In this document: positions 39,576-49,768 of the stretch, one piece after another
Layout: each line of letters begins with the position of its first letter
Position numbering within the stretch: the stretch's first letter is position 1
Assembly (NCBI GenBank): GCA_965204745.1
Contig: OZ242010.1
Location: forward strand, 1,856,001-1,920,000
Origin: Candidatus Latescibacterota bacterium
GTDB taxonomy: Bacteria > Latescibacterota > UBA2968
Length of the DNA stretch: 64,000 nt
Reading direction: 5' to 3'
The notes under the pieces: generated by a model
Told to the model about the DNA's origin: nothing
Databases searched by the model: none
Seen by the model: the letters and a program-made list of their open reading frames with translations, nothing else
Made by a program: the position numbers and the translations under genes

Positions 39576-42281
39576 ATGATTCTCATTTTATCGGAGGCAA
39601 GCGTTAGGCGGTCAGTGGCGGGCAAATGTCCCGTTCTGCTCGCTTGCTTACCGCTGCTCCTCGCGCTGTCAACGGTCTTTGTTTTTGGGCATGACCTGCG
39701 AAGTCACATAGAGCGTTCTCATAGTCACTCTGTCCTTACGCATCATAGAATGTCGATAGCCGCCAATCTGTCTTTGGATCACAACTTCTTGCAGTTCTAT
39801 CTCCAAACGCTCGGGGCAGATGGCACGGTTTTTTACGACTGGCTGTACAATCGCTTTCCCATAGGTGGGCATGGGCTCATTGCGCTGGCTATCCTGCCCT
39901 TTGGCGATGACTTGGCAAGCCAACTCTATGCGGCCAGGACCCTGATGTTGCTGTGCTTTGTTGCCACAGCACTGCTGGCGTATCTCTGCCTTTGTCGGCT
40001 GACACATCATCCATGGATCGCCGCAACCGCGACGCTCTTGGCGTTCTCATCGTTCTATTGCTTGTACTACGCCGATATGGTCATGAATGAAACGGGGATC
40101 GACCTGCTTGGGGTAATGTTGACCTTTCACGGGATGGTCATTTTCTTATGTGAGGGTCGCTTTCGGCAACTGCTGGTCAAGACGTGCATCGCGCTGTTTT
40201 TGGGCTGGCATGTCTATGCGTTGCTGTTGCCCTTTATCGCGCTCGGATTGGTGCGCGAATGCCTCCACATGCGTTCAGCTCCTTTCAAACTGAAGTGCTC
40301 CCGCCTGCTTCGCAGTCGCTATGTGTTGCTCGGCATTGTCGCATTGCTTTTGGGGTTGTCCTTGTTGACCTTTAATTTTGTCAATGAGTACGTCGCGCTG
40401 AAAGGTGAGAAATCCCTGACGGAATTACCGTCTTTCCGGTCTATGATATATCGCATGGGAATAGGTACCCCAGAAAATCGCCCTTCGCGCCCCTTGAAGT
40501 GGGATTTCTTCCTGCTAGATCAATTCTCTCGCATTGGTGGGATGTCAACGCCGTATTTCATCCTGCCCTCTCTCGGCGCACTTAGGCCCCCAGAGTCTTA
40601 CGTGCCTTTGTCCGTTGGCGTGGGCATTGGGGTGTTTGTTGCGTGTCTGTTTGGGGTGTATTTCACGCGCCCGCGAATCCTTTGGGCGACCTTGGTTCTA
40701 TTTGGCTTCTGTTGGGCATTGCCCATGCGCTATAACGTTGAAGCACCTAACCATAGTTTCGAGAGCGTGTTTTACATCGGCCTGCCTCTGGTCTTCTTCT
40801 CGCTTATTCTGCTGTGCCTATCCCGCCGCTTCAAGACCCCGCTTTTGATGGTCGGCTTTGCGGGTGCTGCACTGATCATCTTTGTGCTTTCCAGTTTTCA
40901 GATGAGCCGCTTCTATGCCCCCGATGCGACGCAACGCCAAAAGGTCGAGCTATCGGACGTTACAGCCATCCGCCGGTTAACGGCAGATGGCGACCTCATT
41001 TTTATACCGTTCTCTGACCCACCTGATTTAAATCGGACGTCGCGACCTTACGAGAAGGCGAAGCAAAATTACTATTGGTCGCGGAGGATCATTCACTTTC
41101 ATTCTCTCCCCGCAGAGGGCTTCACAGTGATGTACGATCGCCTGGAGACAGACGCACTGCTCACGCCGAAAAACGATCGGATATTCCTTTATGACTCCAA
41201 GAAATTGCTCAAAGCGTATCGGCAGGCATATCAGCGGGTCGTGTCTGGCGAGTTCGTGGCGCGGTCAACCTTTGATGTTTATCGCGACGAGCATGCGTTG
41301 CATTACGTCAAAAGTCCCTGTTCTGATGCGGACATGCAGACCAAATTCTTCTTGCACCTCTTTCCGACAGACGCGAGATCGATTCCCGTCCGCCGCAGGT
41401 GGCTTGGATATAACGACAAAATTTTTAATTTTCAGGATCGCGGTCTGCGGTTCGATGACAAATGCTTGGCGAGCATCGCGCTTCCGCACTACGACATCGC
41501 CCGGATTGAAACCGGGTCACTTTCCCGCGATTCCGATCCAGAGCGGCTCGAGGTGTATCGGCAGGCATATCAGCGGGTCGTGTCTGGCGCGCCTGTGGCG
41601 CGGTCAATTTTCGATGTGTATCGCGATGAGCACATGTTGTATTACGTCAAAAGTCCCTGTTCTGATGCGGACGTAAAATTACGATTCTTCTTGCACATCT
41701 TTCCCTCAGACGCGAAGGAGCTTCCCGTCCACCGCAGGCAGTATGGATATGACAACTACGACTTTGATTTTTCTTTTCAAGGTCAGCGGTTCGATGACAA
41801 ATGCTTGGCGGGCATCGCGCTTCCGCCTTACGATATCGCCCGGATTGAAACCGGATCACTTTCCCCCGGTCAAAGCAAAGAACGCGCTGATGATCCCGGC
41901 AGGCTCGAGGTGTATCGGCAGGTATATCAGCGGGTCGTATCTGGCGCGCCTGTGGCGCGGTCAACCTTCGATGTGTATCGCGATGATCGCACGTTGTATT
42001 ACGTCAAAAGTCCCTGTTCTGATGCGGATGTGAAATTACAATTCTTCTTGCACATCTTTCCTGCAGACGCGAAGGAGCTTCCCAGCCGTCGCTGGCAGTG
42101 GGGGTATAACAACGACAACTTTTCTTTTGTTGATCAAGGTCAGCGGTTCGATGACAAATGCTTGGCGAGCATCGCGCTTCCGCACTATGCCATCGCTCGT
42201 ATTGAAACGGGTCAGTTCCATTGGAACAGCGGTGGCAAACACTGGGAGGCTAAAATTTTTTTCGACGAACAATCAAAGTAG
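39576..42281 (+). CDS. Array paralog 3 (3 C-terminal domains)
   Basis: 901 aa; same scaffold. Confidence 0.75.
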   Translation: MILILSEASVRRSVAGKCPVLLACLPLLLALSTVFVFGHDLRSHIERSHSHSVLTHHRMSIAANLSLDHNFLQFYLQTLGADGTVFYDWLYNRFPIGGHGLIALAILPFGDDLASQLYAARTLMLLCFVATALLAYLCLCRLTHHPWIAATATLLAFSSFYCLYYADMVMNETGIDLLGVMLTFHGMVIFLCEGRFRQLLVKTCIALFLGWHVYALLLPFIALGLVRECLHMRSAPFKLKCSRLLRSRYVLLGIVALLLGLSLLTFNFVNEYVALKGEKSLTELPSFRSMIYRMGIGTPENRPSRPLKWDFFLLDQFSRIGGMSTPYFILPSLGALRPPESYVPLSVGVGIGVFVACLFGVYFTRPRILWATLVLFGFCWALPMRYNVEAPNHSFESVFYIGLPLVFFSLILLCLSRRFKTPLLMVGFAGAALIIFVLSSFQMSRFYAPDATQRQKVELSDVTAIRRLTADGDLIFIPFSDPPDLNRTSRPYEKAKQNYYWSRRIIHFHSLPAEGFTVMYDRLETDALLTPKNDRIFLYDSKKLLKAYRQAYQRVVSGEFVARSTFDVYRDEHALHYVKSPCSDADMQTKFFLHLFPTDARSIPVRRRWLGYNDKIFNFQDRGLRFDDKCLASIALPHYDIARIETGSLSRDSDPERLEVYRQAYQRVVSGAPVARSIFDVYRDEHMLYYVKSPCSDADVKLRFFLHIFPSDAKELPVHRRQYGYDNYDFDFSFQGQRFDDKCLAGIALPPYDIARIETGSLSPGQSKERADDPGRLEVYRQVYQRVVSGAPVARSTFDVYRDDRTLYYVKSPCSDADVKLQFFLHIFPADAKELPSRRWQWGYNNDNFSFVDQGQRFDDKCLASIALPHYAIARIETGQFHWNSGGKHWEAKIFFDEQSK

Positions 42282-42310
42282 ATCCCCTATCCATTTGGGA
42301 GGCTTAGGCC

Positions 42311-44662
42311 ATGGTTCTCATTCCATCAGAGGCAAGCGTTAGGCGGTCAGTGGCGGGCAAACGTCCCGTTCTGCTCGCCTGCTTATCGCTGCTCCTCGCG
42401 CTGTCAACGGTCTTTGTTTTTGGGCATGACCTGCGAAGTCACATAGAGCGTTCTCCTAGTCACTCTGTCCCTACGCATCATGCAATGTCGATAGCCGCCA
42501 ACCTTTCTCCAGATCACCACTTCTTGATGTTCTATCGCCAAACGCTCAATGCCGATGGCGCGGTTTCTTACATACCGTATAATCGTTTTCCCATAGGTGG
42601 GTATGTGCTCATTGCACTGGCTATCCTGCCCTTTGGCGATGACTTGGCAGCCCAACTCTATGCGGCCAGGACCCTGATGTTGCTGTGCTTTGCCGCAACC
42701 GCACTGCTGGCGTATCTCTGCCTTTGCCGGCTGACACATCATCCTTGGATCGCTGCAACCGCGACGCTCTTGGCGTTCTCATCGTTCTATTGCTTGTTCT
42801 ACAGCGATATGGTCTATAATGATACGGGGATCGACCTGCTTGGGGTAATGCTGACTTTTCACGGGATGGTCATTTTCTTATGTGAGGGTCGTTTTCGGCA
42901 ACTGCTGGTCAAGATGTGCATCGCGCTGTTGGTAGGCAGGCATGTCTATGCGTTGCTGTTGCCCTTTATCGCGCTCGGATTGGTGCGCGAATGCCTCCAC
43001 ATGCGTTCAGTCCCTTTCAGGCTGAAGTGCTCCCGCCTGCTTCGCAGTCGCTATGTGTTGCTCGGCATTGTCGCATTGCTTTTGGGGTTGTCCGTCTTGA
43101 CCTTTAATTTTGTCAATGAATACGTCGCGCTGAAAGGTGAAAAAGCACTGACGGAATTACCGTCTTTCCAGTCTATGATATATCGCACGGGAATAGACAC
43201 GGGAGCATATACAGATAGATATGACGAGCCAGCCCTGAAAGGGTGGGATTCCTTCCTGCTGGGTCAATTTTCTCGTATCGGTGGGATGTTCACGCCGTAT
43301 TTTATTTTTTTCTTTCTCGGCGTGCTTAGGCCCCCGCAGTCTTACGTGCCCTTGTCCGTTGGCGTGGGCATTGGGGGGTTTGTTGCGTGTCTGGTGGGGG
43401 TGTATTTCACGCGCCCGCGAATCCTTTGGACGCCCTTGATTCTGTTTGGCCTCTGTTGGGCATTGCCCATGCGCCATACCGTTAAAGTGTATGCCCATGA
43501 CTTCGAGAGCGTATTTTACATCGGCCTGCCTCTGGTCTTCTTCTCGCTTATTCTGCTGTGCCTATCCCGCCGCTTCAAGACCCCTCCTTTGACGGTCGGC
43601 TTTGCGGGTATTGCGCTGATCGTCTTTGTGCTTTCCAGTTTTCAGATGAGCCGCTTCTATGCCCCCGATGCGACGCAACGCCAAAAGGTCGCGCTGGCAG
43701 ACGCGACAGCCATCCGCCGATTAACAGCAACTGGCGACCTCATTTTTAAGCCGTTCCCGTTCTATGACTCACCTGATTTAAATCCGCCGACGCTACATTA
43801 CTATTTTGCGCGAAGGATCATTCACTCTCATGCTCTCACCGCAGAGGGCTTCACAGTGATGAATGATCGCCTGGAGACAGACGCGCTGCTCACGCCGAAA
43901 AACGAGCGGATATTCCTCTATGACTCTAAGAAATTGCTCAAAGCGTATCGGCAGGCAGTCGTGTCTGGTGAATTGGTGGCGCGGTCAACCTTCGATGTGT
44001 ATCGCGACGAGCATGTGTTGCATTACGTCAAAAGTCCCTGTTCTGATGCGGACATGCAGACCAAATTCTTCTTACACCTCTTTCCGACAGACGAGAGATC
44101 TATTCCCGTCCACCGCAGGTGGTTTGGATATGATACCGATGTCCTTAAGTTTTGGCACTACGGTTTGCGCTTCGACGATAAATGCTTGGCGAGCGTCGCG
44201 CTTCCGCATTACGATATCGCCCGGATTGAAACCGGGCCACTTTCCCCCGGCCAAAGCGATGAACGCGCTGATGATCCCGACAGGCTCGAGGTGTATCGGC
44301 AGGTATATCAACGGGTCGTGTCTGGCGAATTGGTGGCGCGGTCAACCTTCGATGTGTATCGCGATGAGCGCACGTTGTATTACGTCAAAAGTCCCTGTTC
44401 TAATGAGGATGTGAAAACCAAATTCTTCTTGCATATCTTTCCGACCAATAGGCAGGAACTGGACTCCCGTCGTTGGCAGTGGGGGTATGACAACGACGGC
44501 TTTGATTTTTCTGAGCAAGGTCTGCGGTTCGATGACAAATGCTTGGCGAGCGTCGCGCTTCCGCACTACGACATCGCCCGGATTGAAACGGGTCAGTTCC
44601 ACTTTGACAGTAGAGGCAAACAATGGAAGGCTAAAATTTTTCTCGACGAACAGTCAAAGTAG
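42311..44662 (+). CDS. Array paralog 4 (2 C-terminal domains)
   Basis: 783 aa; same scaffold. Confidence 0.75.
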   Translation: MVLIPSEASVRRSVAGKRPVLLACLSLLLALSTVFVFGHDLRSHIERSPSHSVPTHHAMSIAANLSPDHHFLMFYRQTLNADGAVSYIPYNRFPIGGYVLIALAILPFGDDLAAQLYAARTLMLLCFAATALLAYLCLCRLTHHPWIAATATLLAFSSFYCLFYSDMVYNDTGIDLLGVMLTFHGMVIFLCEGRFRQLLVKMCIALLVGRHVYALLLPFIALGLVRECLHMRSVPFRLKCSRLLRSRYVLLGIVALLLGLSVLTFNFVNEYVALKGEKALTELPSFQSMIYRTGIDTGAYTDRYDEPALKGWDSFLLGQFSRIGGMFTPYFIFFFLGVLRPPQSYVPLSVGVGIGGFVACLVGVYFTRPRILWTPLILFGLCWALPMRHTVKVYAHDFESVFYIGLPLVFFSLILLCLSRRFKTPPLTVGFAGIALIVFVLSSFQMSRFYAPDATQRQKVALADATAIRRLTATGDLIFKPFPFYDSPDLNPPTLHYYFARRIIHSHALTAEGFTVMNDRLETDALLTPKNERIFLYDSKKLLKAYRQAVVSGELVARSTFDVYRDEHVLHYVKSPCSDADMQTKFFLHLFPTDERSIPVHRRWFGYDTDVLKFWHYGLRFDDKCLASVALPHYDIARIETGPLSPGQSDERADDPDRLEVYRQVYQRVVSGELVARSTFDVYRDERTLYYVKSPCSNEDVKTKFFLHIFPTNRQELDSRRWQWGYDNDGFDFSEQGLRFDDKCLASVALPHYDIARIETGQFHFDSRGKQWKAKIFLDEQSK

Positions 44663-44691
44663 ATCCCCTATCCATTTCAGAGGCTTAGGCC

Positions 44692-47031
44692 ATGATTCTC
44701 ATTCCATCGGAGGCAAGCGTTAGGCGGTCAGTGGCGGGCAAACGTCCCGTTCTGCTCGCATGCTTACCGTTGCTCCTCGCGCTGTCAACGGTCTTTGTTT
44801 TTCGCCATGACCTGCGAAGTCACACAGAGTATTCTCGTGGTTACTCTGTCCTTACACATCATAAAATGTCGATAGCCGCCAACCTTTCTCCAGATCACAA
44901 CTTCTTGATGTTCTATCGCCAAACGCTCAATGCCGATGGCGCGGTTTTTTACGTACTGCATAATCGCTTTCCCATAGGTGGTTATGTGCTCATTGCGCTG
45001 GCCATCCTGCCCTTTGGCGATGACTTGGCAGCCCAACTCTATGCGGCAAGGACCCTGATGTTGCTGTGCTTTGTCGCAACAGCACTGCTGGCGTATCTCT
45101 GCCTTTGCCGGCTGACACATCATCCATGGATCGCCGCAACCGCGACGCTCTTGGCGTTCTCATCGTTCTATTGCTTGTTCTACGCCGATCTGGTCATGAA
45201 TGAAGCGGGGATCGATCTGCTCGGGGTAATGCTGACCTTTCACGGGATGGTCATTTTCTTGTGTGAGGGTCGTTTTCGGCAATTGTTGGTCAAGACGTGC
45301 GTCGCGCTGTTTTTAGGCTGGCATGTCTATGCGCTGCTGTTGCCCTTTATCGCGCTCGGATTGGTGCGCGAATGGTGCCGTGCGCGTTCAACCCCTTTCA
45401 AGTTGAAGTGCTCCCTCCTGCTTCGCAGTCGCTATGTGTTGCTCGGCATGGTCGCATTGCTGTTTGGGTTGTCCTTATTGACCTTTAATTTTGTCAATGA
45501 ATACGTCGCGCTGAAAGGTGAGAAATCCCTGACGGAATTACCGTCTTTCCAGTCTATGATTTATCGCACGGGAATAGGTAACCCAGAAAATATATCCCGG
45601 TACCCCTTGAGGTGGGATTCCTTTCTGCTGGGTCAATTCTCTCGTATCGGTGGGATGTTCACGCCGTATTTTATTTTGCAGTACCTCGACGTGCTTAGGC
45701 CCTCATTGAAGTTTGACGTGTCTTTGTCCGTTGGCGTGGGCCTTGGGATGTTTGTTTCGTGTCTATTTGGGGTGTATTTTACGCGCCCGCGAATCCTTTG
45801 GGCGACCTTGATTCTGTTTGGCTTCTGTTGGGCATTGCCCATGCGCCTTCAAGTCAAAGAGCCTAACCATAGTTTCGAGAGCGTGTTTTACATCGGCCTG
45901 CCCCTGGTCTTCTTCTCGCTTATTCTGCTGTGCCTATCCCGCCGCTTCAAGACCCCGCCTTTGATGGTCGGCTTTGCGGGTGTTGCCCTGATCGTCTTTG
46001 TGCTTTCCAGTTTTCAGATGAGCCATTTCTATGCCCCCGATGCGACGCAACGCCAAAAGGTCGAGCTATCGGACGCGACAGCCATCCGCCGGTTAACGGC
46101 AGATGGCGACCTCATTTTTGTGCCGTTCTATGACCCACCTGATTTCAATCTGGCGAAGCTACGTTACTATTTGGCGCGGAGGATCATTCACTCTCATGCT
46201 CTCACCGCAGAGGGCTTCACAGTGATGTACGATCGCCTGGAGACAGACGCGCTACTCACGCCGAAAAACGAGCGGATATTCCTTTATGACTCCAAGAAAT
46301 TGCTCAAAGCGTATCGGCAGGCAGGCGTGTCTGGCGCGGTGGTGGCGCGCTCAACCTTTGATGTATATCGCGATGATCGCACGTTGTATTACGTCAAAAG
46401 TCCCTGTTCTGATGCGGACATGCAGACCAAATTCTCCTTGCACATCTTTCCGACAGACACGCAGGAACTGCCCTCTCATCGCTGGCAGTGGGGGTATGAC
46501 AACGACGACTTTTCTTTTTATACGCGAGGCCTGCGGTTCGATGACAAATGCTTGGCGAGCATCGCGCTTCCGCATTACGACATCGCCCGGATTGAAACCG
46601 GGCCACTTTCCCCCGGCCAAAGCAATGAACGCGCTGATCCCGGGAGGCTCAAAGCGCATCGGCAGGCATATCAACGGGTCGTGTCTGGCGCGCCTGTGGC
46701 GCGGTCAACCTTCGATGTGTATCGCGATGATCGCACGTTGTATTACGTCAAAAGTCCCTGTTCTGATGCGGACGTGAAATTACGATTCTTCTTACACATC
46801 TTTCCCGCAGACGCGAAGGAGCTTCTCAGCGGCTTGCACCGCTGGCAGTATGGATATGACAACGACGACTTTGATTTTTCTTCGCAAGGTCTGCGGTTCG
46901 ATGACAAATGCTTGGCGAGCATCGCGCTTCCGCACTACGACATCGCCCGGATTGAAACGGGTCAGTACCACTGGAACAGCGGTAGCAAACAATGGAAGGC
47001 TAAAATTTTTCTCGACGAACAGTCAAAGTAG
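44692..47031 (+). CDS. Array paralog 5 (2 C-terminal domains)
   Basis: 779 aa; same scaffold. Confidence 0.75.
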   Translation: MILIPSEASVRRSVAGKRPVLLACLPLLLALSTVFVFRHDLRSHTEYSRGYSVLTHHKMSIAANLSPDHNFLMFYRQTLNADGAVFYVLHNRFPIGGYVLIALAILPFGDDLAAQLYAARTLMLLCFVATALLAYLCLCRLTHHPWIAATATLLAFSSFYCLFYADLVMNEAGIDLLGVMLTFHGMVIFLCEGRFRQLLVKTCVALFLGWHVYALLLPFIALGLVREWCRARSTPFKLKCSLLLRSRYVLLGMVALLFGLSLLTFNFVNEYVALKGEKSLTELPSFQSMIYRTGIGNPENISRYPLRWDSFLLGQFSRIGGMFTPYFILQYLDVLRPSLKFDVSLSVGVGLGMFVSCLFGVYFTRPRILWATLILFGFCWALPMRLQVKEPNHSFESVFYIGLPLVFFSLILLCLSRRFKTPPLMVGFAGVALIVFVLSSFQMSHFYAPDATQRQKVELSDATAIRRLTADGDLIFVPFYDPPDFNLAKLRYYLARRIIHSHALTAEGFTVMYDRLETDALLTPKNERIFLYDSKKLLKAYRQAGVSGAVVARSTFDVYRDDRTLYYVKSPCSDADMQTKFSLHIFPTDTQELPSHRWQWGYDNDDFSFYTRGLRFDDKCLASIALPHYDIARIETGPLSPGQSNERADPGRLKAHRQAYQRVVSGAPVARSTFDVYRDDRTLYYVKSPCSDADVKLRFFLHIFPADAKELLSGLHRWQYGYDNDDFDFSSQGLRFDDKCLASIALPHYDIARIETGQYHWNSGSKQWKAKIFLDEQSK

Positions 47032-47060
47032 ATCCCCTATCCATTTCAGAGGCTTAGGCC

Positions 47061-49739
47061 ATGGTTCTCATTCCATCGGAGGCAAGCGTTAGGCGGTCAG
47101 TGGTGGGCAAACGTCCCGTTCTGCTCGCATGCTTACCGTTGCTCCTCGCGCTTTCAACGGTCTTTATTTTTGGACATGACCTGCGAAGTCACCTCGAGCG
47201 TTCTAATTACTCTATCTCTACGTATAATAAAATGGCGATATCAGCCAATCTGTCTTTGAATCACAACTTCTTGATGTTCTTTTCCCAAACGCTCAATGCC
47301 GATGGCACGGTTTCTTACGTACCTTATAATCGCTTTCCCATAGGTGGGCATGTGCTCATCGCGCTGGCTATCCTGCCCTTTGGCGATGACTTGGCAAGCC
47401 AACTCTATGCGGCAAGGACGCTGATGTTGCTGTGCTTTGCCGCAACCGCACTACTTGCGTATCTCTGCCTTTGCCGGCTGACACATCATCCATGGATCGC
47501 CGCAACCGCGACGCTCTTGGCGTTCTCATCGTTCTATTGCTTGTACTACAACGATATGGTCTTTAATGAATTGGGGATCGATCTGCTCGGGGTGATGCTG
47601 ACCTTTCACGGGATGGTCATTTTCTTATGTGAGGGGCGTTTTCGGCAACTGCTGGTCAAGACGTGCATCGCGCTGTTTTTAGGTTGGCATGTCTATGCGT
47701 TGCTGTTGCCCTTTATCGCGCTCGGAGTGGTGCGCGAATGCCGCCGTGCGCGTTCAGATCCTTTCAAGCTGAAGTGCTCCCGCCTGCTTCGCAGTCGCTA
47801 TGTGTTGCTCGGCATTGTCGCATTGCTGTTTGGTTTGTCCTTGTTGACCTTTAATTTTATCAATGAATACGTCGCGCTGAAGGGTGAGAAATCCCTGACG
47901 GAATTACCGTCTTTCCAGTCTATGATTTATCGCATGGGAATAGATCAAAGCAAATGGCGCCACTTTTGGGGTCCCTTCCTGCAAGGTCAATTCTCTCGCA
48001 TTGGTGGGATGTTCACGCCGTATTTCATCCTGCCCTCTCTCGGCGTGCTTAGGCCCCCAGAGTCTTACGTGCCCTTGTCCGTTGGCGTGGGCATTGGGGG
48101 GGCTATTGCGTGTCTGGTGGGGGTGTATTTCACGCGCCCGCGAATCCTTTGGGCGACCTTGGGTCTGTTTGGCTTCTGTTGGGCATTGCCCATGCGCTAT
48201 AACGTTAAAATGCTTGGCCATGACTTCGAGAGCGTGTTTTACATCGGCCTGCCTCTGGTCTTCTTCTCGCTTGTTCTGCTGTGCCTATCCCGACGCTTCA
48301 AGACCCCTCCCTTGATGGTCGGCTTTGCGGGTATTGCACTGATCGTCTTTGTGCTTTCCAGTTTTCAGATGAGCCGCTTCTATGCCCCCGATGCGACGCA
48401 ACGCCAAAAGGCTGAGTTGGCAGACGCGACAGCCATCCGCCGATTAACGGCAGATGGCGACCTCATTTTTGTGCCGTTCTATGACCCATCTGACTTAAAG
48501 CGGATAAAGCACACTTACGAGAGGTCAAAGCAAAATTACTATTTGGCGCGGAGGATCATTCACGCTCATTCTCTCACCGCAGAGGGCTTCACGCTGATGG
48601 ATGATCGCCTGGAGACAGACGCGTTGCTCACGCCGAAAAACGAACGGATATTTCTTTATGACTCCAAGAAATTGCTCAAAGCGTATCGGCAGGCATATCA
48701 GCGGGTCGTGTCTGGCGAGTTCGTGGCGCGGTCAACCTTCGATGTGTATCGCGATGAGCGCACGTTGTATTACGTCAAAAGTCCCTGTTCTGACGCGGAC
48801 ATGCAGACCAAATTCTTCTTACACCTCTTTCCGACAGACGCGAGATCGATTCCCGTCCGCCGCAGGTGGCTTGGATATGACGACAAAATTTTTAATTTTC
48901 AGGATCGCGGTCTGCGGTTCGATGATAAATGCTTGGCGAGCATCGCGCTTCCGCATTACGATATCGCCCGGATTGAAACCGGGTCACTTTCCCGCGATTC
49001 CGATCCAGAGCGGCTCGAGGTGTATCGGCAGGCAGTCGTGTCTGGCGAGTTGATGGCGCGGTCAATTTTCGATGTGTATCGCGATGAGCACACATTGTAT
49101 TACGTCAAAAGTCCCTGTTCTGATGCGGACGTGAAATTTCGATTCTTCTTGCACATCTTTCCCGCAGACGCGAAGGAGCTTCCCAGCCACCGCAGGCCGT
49201 ATGGATATGACAACTACGACTTTGATTTTTCTTCGCAAGGTCAGCGGTTCGATGACAAATGCTTGGCGAGCATCGCGCTTCCGCATTACGATATCGCCCG
49301 GATTGAAACCGGGCCACTTCCCCTCGGCCAAAGCAAAGAACGCGCTGATGATCCCGGCAGGCTCGAGGTGTATCGGCAGGTATATCAACGGGTCGTGTCT
49401 GGCGCGCCTGTGGCGCAGTCAACCTTCGATGTGTATCGCGATGATCGCACGTTGTATTACGTCAAAAGTCCCTGTTCTGATGCGGATGTGAAATTACAAT
49501 TCTTCTTACACCTCTTTCCTGCAGACGCGAAGGAGCTTCCCAGCCGTCGCTGGCAGTGGGGGTATAACAACGACAACTTTTCTTTTGTTGATCAAGGTCA
49601 GCGGTTCGATGACAAATGCTTGGCGAGCATCGCGCTTCCGCACTATGCCATCGCTCGTATTGAAACGGGTCAGTTCCATTGGAGTAGCGGCGGCAAACAC
49701 TGGGAGGCTAAAATTTTTTTTGACGAACAATCAAAGTAG
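47061..49739 (+). CDS. Array paralog 6 (3 C-terminal domains)
   Basis: 892 aa; same scaffold. Confidence 0.75.
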   Translation: MVLIPSEASVRRSVVGKRPVLLACLPLLLALSTVFIFGHDLRSHLERSNYSISTYNKMAISANLSLNHNFLMFFSQTLNADGTVSYVPYNRFPIGGHVLIALAILPFGDDLASQLYAARTLMLLCFAATALLAYLCLCRLTHHPWIAATATLLAFSSFYCLYYNDMVFNELGIDLLGVMLTFHGMVIFLCEGRFRQLLVKTCIALFLGWHVYALLLPFIALGVVRECRRARSDPFKLKCSRLLRSRYVLLGIVALLFGLSLLTFNFINEYVALKGEKSLTELPSFQSMIYRMGIDQSKWRHFWGPFLQGQFSRIGGMFTPYFILPSLGVLRPPESYVPLSVGVGIGGAIACLVGVYFTRPRILWATLGLFGFCWALPMRYNVKMLGHDFESVFYIGLPLVFFSLVLLCLSRRFKTPPLMVGFAGIALIVFVLSSFQMSRFYAPDATQRQKAELADATAIRRLTADGDLIFVPFYDPSDLKRIKHTYERSKQNYYLARRIIHAHSLTAEGFTLMDDRLETDALLTPKNERIFLYDSKKLLKAYRQAYQRVVSGEFVARSTFDVYRDERTLYYVKSPCSDADMQTKFFLHLFPTDARSIPVRRRWLGYDDKIFNFQDRGLRFDDKCLASIALPHYDIARIETGSLSRDSDPERLEVYRQAVVSGELMARSIFDVYRDEHTLYYVKSPCSDADVKFRFFLHIFPADAKELPSHRRPYGYDNYDFDFSSQGQRFDDKCLASIALPHYDIARIETGPLPLGQSKERADDPGRLEVYRQVYQRVVSGAPVAQSTFDVYRDDRTLYYVKSPCSDADVKLQFFLHLFPADAKELPSRRWQWGYNNDNFSFVDQGQRFDDKCLASIALPHYAIARIETGQFHWSSGGKHWEAKIFFDEQSK

Positions 49740-49768
49740 ATCCCCTATCCATTTCAGAGGCTTAGGCC